The notes under the pieces are model-generated. The model was not told the DNA's origin. It saw only the letters and a list, made by a program, of their open reading frames with translations, and ran no database searches. From Podospora anserina (taxonomy: Eukaryota): 64,000 nucleotides of DNA. A program made the translations under genes and the position numbers. The stretch is taken from NCBI GenBank assembly GCA_017654855.1, contig CM030335.1:3534001-3598000 (forward strand), in the 5' to 3' direction. Positions 24,489 to 37,523 of the stretch are shown piece by piece; position 1 is the first letter of the stretch; every line of letters begins with the position of its first letter.

Positions 24489-27400
24489 ATGAGCTCTCCA
24501 GCCGCCTCCAACGGCATGGATGTTCGACGACCTCGATCTAGCCATAAGGTGTCTATGACCTGGGAGGAGGATGAGGTCACTTCTCGCCGGAGGATGCAGT
24601 TTGCCGAGGAGTGCATCGAGACCAAGACTGTAACCACCACGACCACGACCAAGAGGTCCTATCCGTCCCTGTTTGTTCGTGAGCCACGGAGCTTGCAGTC
24701 GCTCGACTCAAAAGAATACCCCCTCGCCGCCAGACAAACCCCGCCTGAACTCCGAAAGTTGACGTTTGATGTTGACGACCACGATATCGAGGGCTGGGCT
24801 GAGGAGGACAGCATAAATACCCAGGTACGTGGTATTACCCCCTTGGCCACTCGGTTTCGCAATGCTAACAAGTTGGTGTGCAGGTGCGACGTTCACAAAG
24901 TATTGACTATGCCAACATCGTCAAATCTGAACCTGGCGTGGAGAGTCTCTTGGACATCTCCACTGTTCGCTCTCAGGATGTGACCGAGTCCAGCCCGCGC
25001 AGATCACGGAGATCGGCCGCCCACACAGCTTCACCCAGCAACACACCAGCCGCCGGAAGAAGCTCACAGAGGGCCCACAAGCACGCCGGCCTCCCTAACG
25101 CCGCATCAGATAAGCTTCGGCGCGCCGTAGCACATGGATCTCGTGCGAACAGGGGTCTTCGACACCCCTCCGCCTTTTTAGCCACCCCGGATACCAGCGA
25201 GCTTGCTGCCCTTGGCATGGACCGACCCTCGCGCCTGAGAGCCTTGAATACTGACAATATCGAGTCCAACACCAGCCAGTCAACTTCCATCTTCGATACC
25301 GGCAGTCCGGCTGGCAGTGAATCGCAAACCATTTTCAGCAATGTGGCCACCCCGCCCATCACCGATGCCGATCTCGAACCCTACGAGGATGCCATCAACC
25401 CCTTTCAGTCAAGAGGAAATATCAACAACGTTGCGGTCCAAGATGCCAGCCTCCCAAGTCCACGTCTGTCCCCCACGTTGGCCGCCGCCCAGCCTCAAAC
25501 AGACGTTCCCGATGAAGACGCAGCCCCTGATGCCGATGCCTCCTTTTCTTCCGAGGTAACTCGCACTGATCGGAGACGGTGGATCGACGATACCCAGATC
25601 ACGGAAGGTGACTCGATGACCATGTCACCCATGCAGTTCAGCTCTGGTGGACAATCACAGGTCATGGGCTCACAGGCTTCTCAGTTTGTCGACCCGCGCA
25701 CCCTAATTGAAGGCTTCGAGGTGCTCCCCAACGAGTTCAAGACGTGGATTATGTATCAGTTTTTGCGAAGATGCAGCCGGAAGACGCTACGTGTGGTAGC
25801 TGATGTGGTGAACCCGGCCCTTAAGTGCGACTTTCTCCGACAACTACCCCTCGAGCTCAGCCTTCACATCCTCTCCTATCTCGATCACCGGGACCTTTGC
25901 CGTGTGGCCCAGGTATCCAAGCACTGGCGCCATATTGCCGACAGCAACGAGACAGGGTGGAAGGAGCTTTTTGACCATGATGGATTCACCCTATCACCAG
26001 GAGAGTTGGACCGCGCCATTAAGCAAGGCTGGGGTTGGCAGGATCCTGTCGGGTATGATGGTTGTGAGCTTGATTTGAGCCATCAAAACAGACTGACATT
26101 GAGTGAAAACGAACTCGTCCGGTCGGTGGTCAAAACAGAAAAGCAGGAGACGCCTGTTCAAAAGTCAACCAGGACGTCCAAGCGGAAGCGTGGGCTGAAT
26201 CATATCGGCGCTGATAGAGCCAAGCGGCGTGCTGGGGCCCAAGAGTTTAGGGATGATAGGACTTCCCCGGTTCCCAAGACGCACAAATCCGAGGGGCCCA
26301 TCTCAGCTGCCAACGCCGCCGCTATTGCCGTCCCGGATCCTCAGATCGGTCTTCCCAGCTTGCGGCACCTCCATTTGTTCAAGTCGCTTTACCGGAGGCA
26401 CTACATGATCAAGAACAGCTGGATGAACGGCAAGGTCAGGCCCGAGCATGTCGCCTTTGCTGCCCACCCACGCCACGTCATCACTTGCCTCCAATTTGAC
26501 GAAGACAAGATCATCACTGGGAGCGACGACACCTTGATTCACGTCTATGACACCAAGACGGGCGAGCTCCGCACCAAGCTCGAAGGTCACGAAGGTGGTG
26601 TCTGGGCGCTGCAGTACGAGGGCAACACACTGGTGTCGGGCAGCACGGACCGATCGGTTCGTGTTTGGGACATCAAGAAGGGCATCTGCACTCAGACCTT
26701 CTACGGCCACACCAGTACTGTGCGCTGTTTGCAAATTTTGATGCCTGCAGAGACGGGAGCGATGGAGAATGGAAAGCCGGTCATGATGCCCCAGAAGCCC
26801 TTGATAATCACAGGTTCCCGAGACAGCCAGCTGCGGATTTGGCGGTTGCCCGAGGCGGGCTCTCGACGATATATTCAGACGGGCCCTCCGGCTAGTGACG
26901 ATCAGTGCCCGTATTTTATTCGTATCCTCGGCGGGCACACTCACTCGGTCCGCGCCATCTCAGCTCATGCTGACACCTTGGTCTCTGGGAGTTACGACAG
27001 CACTGTCAGGGTCTGGAAAATCAGCACGGGAGAGCAACTGCATGTCCTGCAGGGCCACAGTCAAAAAGTATACTCGGTAGTTCTCGATCACAAGCGCAAC
27101 CGCTGCATTTCGGGCTCGATGGACTCCATGGTCAAGATCTGGGACCTTGCCACGGGGGCGTGCCTGCACACCTTGGAGGGCCACAGTTTGCTGGTGGGAC
27201 TTCTCGACTTGCGGGACGACTGGTTGGTCTCGGCCGCAGCAGACAGCACTCTGAGAATCTGGGACCCCGAATCTGGCCGATGCAAGCGGACGCTCGTGGC
27301 ACATACTGGAGCTATCACCTGCTTTCAACACGACGGCGCCAAGGTCATTTCAGGCAGTGAGAAGAACGTCAAGATGTGGTCTATTGATAATGGTGATTTG

Positions 27401-27673
27401 GTTCAAGATCTCTTGACAGATCTGAGCGGAGTGTGGCAGGTCAAGTTTGATGACCGGAGATGCGTGGCTGCCGTCCAGCGAGGAAATTTGACATATATCG
27501 AGGTGAGATTTCTCTTGTCCCCTGTCTATCATCGGTGCAAGACAGCTGCTAACCAGACACAGATTCTCGACTTTGGTGCAGTCCGCGATGGCAGGCCGCC
27601 AGAGGAGCTCGGCAGACGTAAGCTCCTGAACGAAGGAGAGGTTCAACGCCTGCTTGCCGAAGAAGCTGCGTAG
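24489..27673 (+). CDS. cdc4: F-box/WD40 protein Cdc4 (Fbw7/Pop1-like), introns 24825-24883 and 27503-27562
   Basis: F-box DFLRQLPLELSLHILSYL, then WD40 repeats (HVITCLQFDEDKIITGSDD, GHEGGVWAL, GHTSTVRCL) characteristic of Cdc4. Confidence 0.93.
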
Positions 27674-28664
27674 GAGTCGCCATCATCGGAGGAAGCATAA
27701 AGAGACCGAAGGGCGGAGAAGGCATCATAAATCTTGGGACCCGCCAATGGGTCTATTAATGACACGACACGACAAATATTTGAGGGGCAAAAGTTTCGCA
27801 ACGGGACAGCAAACAAAGCATTTTCTTCTTCATGATACCGCCATCCGCCAGCCAGCCTTTTTTTTTCTTTCCTATTTACAGCATCGTCAGCGTGGCAGCG
27901 GAAGCGGCAACAAACTGGGCAGGCAATATCAGAGTGTTTTCTTCTTGTTCTCTTATCATCAGGGGTTAAAGTTGCTGTCTGGCTTTTTTCCCTTTTATCT
28001 GTCTCATTGGCGTTGTCCTCTATCTTTTAAGTTTATTTGGGGAAGGAGGGAGCGATTTGGGAGTATTATAGTCTACCCCCTGATGGGATGGGCGTCATTG
28101 GTCTGCAGTGTGGGAACAAATAACAAGGGCATTGCTTTTTGAGTTTTTACAGTATCATTTTGCTTGTTGAAGGGGTGCGGGGGCTCTTAGCATCAGAACG
28201 GAAGGAAAGGGAGTGAGGAGGGGATGGGCCGGGGAACCAAAGGGGCAAAAAGAGGGAAGTCCCTGGTGGTGGGTGGTGAGAAGGTCATATTATTGCTGGG
28301 GCTGGTAAAGTAGTATAGCATGATTCCCTGTATCTACCGGTGGTTGTTTTTTGTGTTTTTGTGCGTCTCTTTGCAGAAATTTCCCGGCCTTGGAGGGCTG
28401 TGTTGGTAGTATTTTAATGATACCTCATGACCTGAACATTGGTTGGTTTGTGAAGTTGACGGTTTTCTGTGAGGAAATATCACTGATAGTGAGACAGTCG
28501 ATAATGAATAGGTACACAGGAAGGTAAACAGTATTCAGGTAGTGATACTTTTGAATTTTATACATTACTTGTACATCATCCCCTAAACTCCGGAACCATT
28601 ACATCAAGGAAAAACAACGACATGATAAAAATACATGATAACACCAACTAGGACGGCCGGCAGC

Positions 28665-29585
28665 CTATCCGTTGATACCCGTCACGGTGCTGCTGATGGT
28701 TTCAAGAGAGGAAAGAGGGTATACCGTCCTCGTGACGGTGTTGTAGACTGTCACTCTTGTGGTGGAGAGGATGGTGGATGTGCCGGTGGTGCAGCCTGCT
28801 GATTGGATGTCCTCCTCCTTCTCGTCCTCGCTGTCGCTGTCACTGTCACTGTCACTGTCGCTGTCACTGTCGCTGTCACTGTCGCTTTCATCTGACACTG
28901 GGAGTGTTGGCGGGGAAGATGGCAGGGTCGAGGTTGAGGTGTGGGTGCTGATGGAGGTCGAGGTTGATGGCTGGGGTGGGTTGTAGGGGGTGAAGATGAA
29001 GGTTTGGGGGATGCTGGTAGTTGAGGAGGAGGTGATTGGTTTAGAAGGATTGTAGGGAGTGAATGTGAAGGGGGGCAGGAGTTCCTCGGGTTCGGAAGTG
29101 GATGATGATGGTTGGGTGTTGGCGGTGATAGTTACAGTGACGTATTCCTGGGATGATGTTGACTCAATTGGGGGGGAAGATGTGGTTGTCGTCGGTTCAG
29201 GGGGGTATTGAGTCAGGGTGACTGTTGACGGGAGGCGGACCACAGGCGGGGGCGGGTTTGGTGATGAGAATGTCACGGTCTGGACAAGGGGAGGCACTGA
29301 ATAGATTATGGGTGGTTCAGCGACCAAGCTTGGTCGTGGGATAACTGTAACTGTCTGGAGGATGGTTTCCTCGGTGGGTGGTGTTGAGAGAATGACAGTC
29401 ACTGTTTGGGCTGGCGGAGGGGCCAGAGTGACGGTAATGGTCTCTCCTGGGATGGTAATAGTGATGGCTGATGTGGATGCTGGGCATGGGCAGCAAGCTT
29501 GGTCATGGTTTTGAAGATGAGGAATGGCTTGAACTGGGATTGCCAGCACAACCAAAGTTGTAAGTAGTAGTTTTGAAAAAGACAT
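28665..29585 (-). CDS. Secreted Ser/Thr/Pro-rich (mucin-like) protein with an SD dipeptide tract
   Basis: Signal peptide MSFSKLLLTTLVVLAIPVQA, TVTV repeats and (SD)n tract. Confidence 0.75.
   Translation of the reverse strand: MSFSKLLLTTLVVLAIPVQAIPHLQNHDQACCPCPASTSAITITIPGETITVTLAPPPAQTVTVILSTPPTEETILQTVTVIPRPSLVAEPPIIYSVPPLVQTVTFSSPNPPPPVVRLPSTVTLTQYPPEPTTTTSSPPIESTSSQEYVTVTITANTQPSSSTSEPEELLPPFTFTPYNPSKPITSSSTTSIPQTFIFTPYNPPQPSTSTSISTHTSTSTLPSSPPTLPVSDESDSDSDSDSDSDSDSDSDSEDEKEEDIQSAGCTTGTSTILSTTRVTVYNTVTRTVYPLSSLETISSTVTGING
28828..28886. repeat. Hexanucleotide repeat (GTCACT/GTCGCT)n encoding poly-SD
   Basis: About 10 units read directly. Confidence 0.9.
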
Positions 29586-30199
29586 TGTGTGGTAGGCAGC
29601 TTGGTGAGAAGTGATTAGAAAACTGGAGGATTTTTCGATAGTTTGTCGAGAGACAGAAAACCTCATTTGAAGCCCATGGCCTCATCTTATATCTAGAGCC
29701 GACATCACCGTGACGAAGTCGAGGACTCGAGGGCATACAAGACCAAATTCGAAGGGATACAACATGTCGACGTATTGGCTATGTTCGCCCTCAGAGGGAT
29801 TATTTGGAGTGTGGATTGAGACTCTGAAATTAGCAAAACTCGACTTTAAGCCCATGAAGACATAATAGCCCTTGCACTTGATCAAGAGAAAGGCATGAAG
29901 GGCAAGCCACAAGGGCGTTGAAGAGCAAGGAGAGTTGATAAGTTCAAGCAGGGATCCCCACATCCAACCGCCCCCTGCACACGCCAAGAACCGTCATCCC
30001 CAGACTCTAGCCCCCCTCCAAGCAAGGCCAAGTCGGCTTTTGGGCCTTTGCGACAGGGATATTGCAAGCTGACCTGGTCCTTGATCCTCCTCAACAGAAA
30101 GCTTACCTTGTCATCTTCTCTTTCCCTTTCCTGTCCTTTGCACCAGCTTCAATGCTCCGAAGCACCTTCAGATCCCTCCGACGGCGGTGACTTCTCGCC

Positions 30200-31278
30200 A
30201 TGGCGCCCCCGAGGCCCAATTCGCCGGCAACCGGCAACGGTTTCCTGGCTTCCGTGATGCGATTCTGGAATGCAAGTCACTTACAGGTTGTAGTGTTTTG
30301 TTGGACTAGATGTTGATTGTGTTTCCGAATCTAGAGAACGTATGCCTCTGATTACATCGGCCTCGTCATTCTCCTCTCCAGCTACATCCTCATCCAATTC
30401 TTCGTCGAACCTTTCCACCGCATGTTCTCGCTCAACGACTTGCGCATCTCGTTCCCCTACGCCGAGGTCGAAAGAGTTCCCCTAAGTAAACCACCCCGTT
30501 CCCTTTTTGCGCCCCTCCACCTCATTACTGACCCTCGCGCCCTCCTCCAGCCCACGACTTCATATACGCCCTCTTCCTCCCCCTCATCCTCATCTGCCTC
30601 TCCAACCTCCTCTCCTCGGCCTCCTCCCACAAACACCACGTCACCCTCCTCGGCCTCGCCATCTCCCTCATCCTCACCTCCCTCCTAACCGACATCATCA
30701 AAAACGCCGTCGGCCGCCCCCGTCCCGACCTCCTCGCCCGATGCGCCCCCCTCCCCGACACCCCCCTCGACAAGCTGGTAGACATATCCGTCTGCACCGA
30801 AACAGGCCACCACAAGCTCCACGACGGCTGGCGGTCCTTCCCCTCGGGCCACTCTTCCTTCTCCTTCGCCGGGCTGGGCTACCTCTCCCTCTTTCTGGCC
30901 GGCCAAACCCGAATCTTTGCCCACGGTCCAGGGTCGATAGCAGAGCACACGGAAAAGGTGGTGAGGGGCGACCTCCTCAAGGCGCTGTTTTGTCTGGCGC
31001 CGCTGGTGGGCGCAACCATGATTGCTATCTCGAGGTGTCAGGACTACAGGCATGATGTCTATGATGTGACGATTGGCGGGTTGCTGGGCTGGACGGTGGC
31101 ATACTGGAGTTACAGACGGTACTGGCCTAGGTTGAGCAGCGCCAAGTGCGATGAGCCCTATGCCGGCCCGCCGGGGGCGGCAGAGGATGGACCGGGGTAT
31201 GGGAGGTTGAGAGATGAGGAGGAGGGTGCTGGTGGCAGGAATGTAGGCTACGAGTTGAGAGAGCTGAACAGCAGGTGA
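30200..31278 (+). CDS. PAP2 lipid/diacylglycerol pyrophosphate phosphatase (DPP1/LPP1-like), introns about 30272-30334 and 30486-30550
   Basis: PAP2 motifs KNAVGRPRP, SFPSGHSS and SRCQDYRHDVYD, plus PFHRMFSLND. Confidence 0.92.
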
Positions 31279-31621
31279 AGAGGAAAGCTGATTCGGGTGT
31301 ATAGTGACCAACCACAACATTTGTCGACAATTGTCACACGGTATATAGTACCATTGGGTATCTATGTACTTGGCAACTTAAACATGGGGATCTGTAAATG
31401 ATGTAATAAGAGACTGGGAACTTAACAGGTACATGCCTTCCCCTACAACCTGCATGAAGGACCCGGCAAACATTGGCTTCAGGAAAGATGGGATACACGG
31501 CGCAGAAGCAAGGAGTTCACGTCCAGTTCAGCATCTGGCACATCTTCTATTAGTACATGCGGCGCTGAAAAACCATTCCATATCGCGATTGTTCCCGTCC
31601 ACCACCATGGACCCAGTCTAT

Positions 31622-32606
31622 TTACTCCTCCTTGGTCTCGTCCTTGGCCAAGTCGTGCTTCTTGAGTAGCGCGTCGATCTCGTCGGCGCTCCATAATCTG
31701 TGGTAAATCTTGCCGTCCTTGGTCTGGCCAACCGTCGCAAATTCGACTGTCATTTGTTAGCCATGATCCCTCTTATAAATCCGCCTCCAAGACTCACTCT
31801 TCTCGCTGCCAAGCTTGGTGGAATCCATCGTCTTGCTCAGCACCTTGACGGCCATACCGCAGGCCTCTTCCAACGTGCAATCCTCCTTGTAATCTTGCTT
31901 CAAAAGACTCTGGGCGCTGGCGTGGTTGGCGCCCGAGCTTGTCGCCTTCCACCCGCCGTAGTTGCCTGACGGGTTGCTGAGGTAGAGCTGGAACTGGCGC
32001 TGGGGATCCCAACCGGCGTAGATGAAGGAAACGCCAAAGGGCCGGAGACCACCGTGTTGTGTATAACCTTGCTTGAGATCGCAGAGACGACGGACGAGCT
32101 GTTCGCAGGGAATGTCTTCGTTGTATGTAAGGAGATAGCGTTGGGCGGCTTGTCGGGCGTAGTTGATGAGGATGTTGGCGTCAGCGGTCATGCCGGCGAC
32201 GGCGCAAATCATGTTGCTACAAACAAAAGCCAGGTTAGCACAACCATAGCCCATACTGAACGACCAGACATGACTGTATCGTACTCATTGAGAATGTAGA
32301 GCTTCTCAGCCGAAGTGTCCTGTTCGAGCAGCTTGGAGGTGACCTTGCGCTCAGCAGCGAGGACGATGCCATCCTTGGCCAGGATGCCAATGGCTGTGCC
32401 GGCGTGAGAAATAGCTTCGAGGGCATATTCGACCTGGTACAGGCGACCGTCGGGGGAGAAGATGGTTGTCTAGACATGGCAGTTAGCCTCGTGGTGTACC
32501 CTTGGCCGCGAAGGGAGCTCCCAGCGCAACACCATGCCCCCCCAATATCGGTGGAGCCAAAGACAGCGGGCAGCCAACATACTCGGGAATCGTATCTTCT
32601 GGACAT
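31622..32606 (-). CDS. pre9: 20S proteasome subunit alpha-3, 4 exons
   Basis: [37 protein letters not shown] and [12 protein letters not shown]. Introns at about 32470-32582, 32217-32284 and 31747-31797. Confidence 0.96.
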
Positions 32607-33745
32607 GATGGCAGTTGTTTACTGTTGGAGTTGGAAGCGAGGAGGAGTGATGGCGGTGACGGCAACAATTGGCCTCTTTCAGGCGCTTGTCGGGAACAAT
32701 CGTGTGGTTTGGGGTTTTATGGTAAGTCCAACGGTTGGAACTAAGGCTGATGGATGGATGGATGTTGCTGCACCTCGCCCTCACCTTCAGGTAGCCCCCC
32801 CAGCCTGGGAGCTCTAGGCAAGCGCCCTCACACGCGTAGCTCCTGTTGCTGCCTGACCTGCAAGGCACATGTCCCGCCATCGGGACTTGAACCTGCCAAG
32901 CTCCGACTCTCTGCCACTGCTACAAAACCCCACCTGCTGCTTGTCACGAAAAAAAGCGTTACATAACAAGCACAGGCCGATTTCCCGTCCTCCCCAAGCT
33001 TCCAAATCCAATCCCTCTCGGCTCTCCCGCTGGCCGTTCGCGCTTCTTCTTCGGCCATCTCTCCACCTTCGATCAATCTCCTCTTTCCAACCTCCGCAAT
33101 TCGTCACCCAAAAATCGAGAAACGCGATTGAGTCAACAAAACGTGACAACGCCATTGTCGCATACTGACACCTTACAAAGAATTATCTTACTCCGTTACG
33201 CAGTACTTCCTTTTGCTGGAATCGACCCGTCGCGCCACGCCACTGCGCGCCCGCTCCATCCATCCATCTACTTACCTACCTACCTTCTGAAGCTTGGACT
33301 TGCTAGCTGTGAGGAAAGTTTGGGACCTCCCCCCTCCTTCGCCGCCAAAGAGAGGAAGAGGGAAATACTACCGTGGGCGCTTTGGTTTCTTTGCGGGATA
33401 GCTTCGGGCAGGGCTTATCCTCTTGAATTCTGTTTACTTGTTGCTTTTCAATTCTCTCGCGTCACGTCGGGCAGTCAGATGGCAATCTGGTGGTCATTTT
33501 AGTTCCCATGCAAGCGTAAAATACCTACCTACCTGATCGAGTGACCCGCATGCCATCTCATCGCATACCCATCTAGGTAGCCATCTATCTACCTAGCTTT
33601 TTGAGCAAACAGTAGCCCACCCACTCGGCAAGCGACAGGAGAGGAGAGCAAGCACGCCCCCATTGCCTGGCTGCTGCCACGCCTACCTACCTACTACCTA
33701 CTGAACCTTCCACCCGTTTACCGTCCGTCTCCCTTTGACGCGACC

Positions 33746-36700
33746 ATGTCTGGTAAGCAGCAACGTGCGCGGCGACTGAACCCTTCGCGCACACCCACCC
33801 CCACCCCCAACTCTTCTTCCAAGTCCAACAGGAGCAGCAGCAGCAGCAGTATGGCTCCGCGACGCCGGTCTGCGCGCACCACTCAGACCGCTCTCAAGAA
33901 CCAGCAACTGACTCTCGACTTCACTTCAGACCCAGAACCCCGCCGCTCCGTCAGAGCGACAAAGGGCCAGCACAAGGCCCACGAACAGCTCGACCAGCTC
34001 GTCGAACCGCCAAAGAAGCGAACCGGCGGCTCCAAGAAGGGCAAGAAGGCTGCCCCCGAACCCGAAGAACCAGAGGAGGAGATCATCCGCTGCGTGTGCG
34101 GCGCCACCGAGCAAGATGAGGACTCCGGCGAAGCCTGGATCGCTTGCGACACCTGTACCGCCTGGCAACACAACATCTGCATGGGGGTGAGCCAGTTCGC
34201 CGAAGACATACCTAAGAATTATTTCTGCGAACAGTGCAAGCCAGAGAACCACAAGGAGCTGTTGGCCAGCATGGAGAGGGGCGAGAAGCTCTGGGAAACA
34301 CGGCGCAAGAACTATGAAGAGGAAAAGACCAAGAAGAAGAAGGGCACCAAGAAGGGCAAGAAGCGAACAAGTGACCTCAAGGAGGAAGCATCGCGGACGC
34401 CACAGCAGTCACCGCCACCACCTCCTCCACCGGCACCCGAACCTAAGAAGGAAAAGGAAACCAAGACGTCGGGTCAGAAGCGGAAAACCGCCGACGGGGC
34501 TCAGGAGAAGGAGAACAAGGTAAGTTTTTCACAGCAACTCCATGCCTTGATCTATGTAAGTCACTAACTCCGGCGGCTCCCTTTCCCCCAGAAGCTTCGC
34601 AAAGTCACCGAGACACAGTCTGTTCCGGTATCTACACCGGCTTATACCCCTCCTGCTGACCTCCCTTCCAAAGCCACCGAGCTGCCAGACAGTCGGCAGG
34701 GTGTGGCTAAGGCGCTCGTGAAGTCTCTTGTGCACTCGCTTGGCGCGGCAGAAAAGAAGGGTGTTGTTCCCTCCGATGGGATGCCTGTCAGTGATCGTGC
34801 CGAAAGGTTTGCGCTCCAGATCGAGCGCGCCGTCTACGATACCCATCCCACCCAGGACTCCTACCGCAACCAGGGCAGGACTCTTGTCCACAACCTCAAG
34901 TCCAACCTCGAACTGGGATCCCGGCTGCTGGAAGGGACTCTGACACCGCCCATGCTGGCTGCCATGTCTACGGAAGAGCTGGCATCCAAGGAGCTCCAGG
35001 ATCAGACAGCCGAGATGAAGGCCCGGGCCGAGAAGCAAGCCATCAAGATCACCGAGGATGTGCCCCGGATACGGAGAACGCACAAGGGCGACGAGGTGAT
35101 TGGCGACGACAACTATGCCATGACCACGGAAGACATCCCGTCAGCTCCCGTACGTCGACCTAGCGCCCCCAAGTCGGAACCTAGAGAGTCATCGGAAGCG
35201 AGCCGTGCCAGGTCGGCATCTCGAGGGTTGGCTGTCGACACGCAGCAGTCACCCAGTCGCGCCGACTTTGATCTGAACAAGGTCTACTCCAGTGTCAAAT
35301 CGCCAGCCGTTTCTCAGCGCCCGGCTGCTCCCCTGGCTGCCGCGCCCGCAACCGGTCCCGGTGTGGACCCAGATGTTGATCGCATGCTTGATGATGACGG
35401 GAGCCAGTCACCGCCATATTCGCCAAAAGAAGAGACGGATCCGGATGTGGCGTGGCGTGGGAATCTGGTCATGAACACCATTGCCGAGTTCCAAGTCACC
35501 GCGAAGCACATTGGCGGTGCGAACCCCGGAGAGAGCGTTGGTTTAACGTGGGATAAGGTCATCCCAAAGAACATTACCGTCTGCGGGCGCATAGATGAGC
35601 AAGCAGCCAATGTGTATCTTTGCGGAATGCGCTACAGCCAAGTCTCCGAGGTCATCGTGGTGAACCTGGAGCCAACATCCCCTCAAGGCAAGGCCGGCAT
35701 GCAGAAGCTTGTCGAGTATTTTGTCAACAAGAAGAGATATGGTGTGGTGGACCGCAAGGGGCTGGCAAACGTCCGAGACAGCTATCTCGTGCCCGTCCTA
35801 CCCGGTGCAGGTGGCCACCCTGAGTTTATGATGAATCTGGAGGACAACTTCATCCCGCAGTTAAGAACCGAGCCGATGTTGCTCGCCGTATTCGTCTATC
35901 GATGGGAAGACGGCAAAGTACAACCAAAGGCCCCCCCAGTGCTGACGCAGGCCCCGGTTCGACACGACTACGCACAGTCTCCTGACACACCGACTCCCAC
36001 ATCAGCAGGCTTCCCGCTGGCCAACCGCCAGTCCAGCACAGCGCCAGCCTACTCACCCACGGTGAATTCAGGGGCATTCCCGAACTATCCGACTCCTCCC
36101 CGGAACAGCGCCACTCCCCTCCAGCAGCAGGTGGTGGCGCCTCCCCCACAGCCCCAAGAGCCAGCCCTGAGTCCGGAGCAGGCTCGCAGGGCGGAGTCAC
36201 AGCGGCGAGGAGAGGCCGAAGCCCGGGAGGTACTTGGCCAGTACATGAGAAGTCCGACGGTTGCGTTCCTTCTTCCTCAGGCCTTTGCCATGACGCGCTC
36301 GGAGTGGGAACTCATAAGGAGGGTATACGAGCGTGAACCCAAAGCCAGAGAAGATCTGCCGTACCTTAGTCAGGTTCTGGAACGAGAGGCTCCGGGGCCT
36401 CAAAGCCAGCCCTCAGGGCCTTCTCCACCGCCTCCACCGCCGTTGCAGCAACCACAGCAGCAGCCACAACAACCAAGGCCGCAACAGTTCCAGCCCCCTC
36501 TCCAGCAGCATCAGCAGCATCAGCAGCAACACTTTCACCCGCCCCCGCAGCAGCAACGCCAGCCTCCGTATTCACATCTGCAGCAAGTTCAGCCGCCTCA
36601 GCAGCATCAGCAGCATCAGCAGCACCAGCAGCAACAAGGAGCCCAGCGATCCCCAACACAGCCACATCACCCTCAGCTTCAGCCACAGCAGCAGCAGCAG

Positions 36701-36865
36701 CAGCAGCAGCAGTCACAGGCAGTCCCGGTCCGGCAGACGGCCGTGCCCCCTCCGCAGATCCCACCTGCAGGGCACGCCGCGGGACCTGCGAGACAGACGC
36801 CCATCCCACCCCCCCCCATCCCGCCACAGGCAACCGCTACGACCACGGCGGGATCGCAACCGTAG
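33746..36865 (+). CDS. bye1: Transcription factor Bye1 (PHD + TFIIS-M + SPOC), Gln/Pro-rich tail; introns 33753-33929 (candidate) and 34520-34591
   Basis: PHD finger IRCVCG..WIACDTCTAWQHNICM..YFCEQC, TFIIS-like YRNQGRTLVHNLKSN..MSTEELAS, and SPOC-like WRGNL..GRI..VRDSYLVP. Confidence 0.9.
36685..36711 (+). repeat. (CAG)n tract encoding polyglutamine in Bye1
   Basis: Direct reading, about 9 CAG units. Confidence 0.9.
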
Positions 36866-37523
36866 GAGGAAGTGGCGGCGGGGAGGATATTGGCGACGCT
36901 CAGCACTGCTCTTGAGAAGATGTTTGACGACGCTGACGCGAGCGAACATGATTGGGAAGGAATGGGGTTGGGGAGTTGATAAAAAAAATTGCGCGAAGTG
37001 GAAGGAAGCTAGGAAAATCATTGTTTATTTGCTTTCTTGGCTCGGCTCGGGAAGGAAAAATGTTCGGAGGAGTTGCTCACTCTTTTCCTGGAGTTGGTGG
37101 GCATCTTGTTGTTCGGCTTCTGCTCGTGTTTTGAGTGTTTTTGATTGGTTTCTAGTTGCACATTTTGGGACGGGCGTGGGTAGTTGTTTGGTTGGAACGA
37201 GGTGTGTCGTTGGAGTTTCATGTGACGTGGTTGGAGGGAGGGGGGGGAGCAAGGGATCGAGACTGGTAGATGGGATTTATATGTTTTATTTCATCAGGTT
37301 TTGGTGCTGACATGGGTGGTGGTGGTTGTTGTTGTGGTTAATATCACTTGCCTATTTAGTTGGTCTTCTTCTGTGTGTATCTTTCAAAAGGCAGCTTTTT
37401 ATCTTTATCAAAGTGCTAGGTCGTTCGTTGTGTGATCTGATCATGGCTTTTGTGAAGCTAGCTATGTATGTGCAATTCGCCTCTGGCACATGCTGTAATA
37501 TCATCCCAGGTATCTTTATTGTC

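Noticed and set aside
28828..28886. SD repeat resembling staphylococcal Sdr adhesins (possible horizontal transfer)
   Set aside because: A short hexamer microsatellite explains it, and the rest of the gene looks fungal.
36333..37310. 325-aa ORF overlapping the Bye1 3' end
   Set aside because: Alternative-frame reading of CAG-rich repeats plus UTR, with no credible start.
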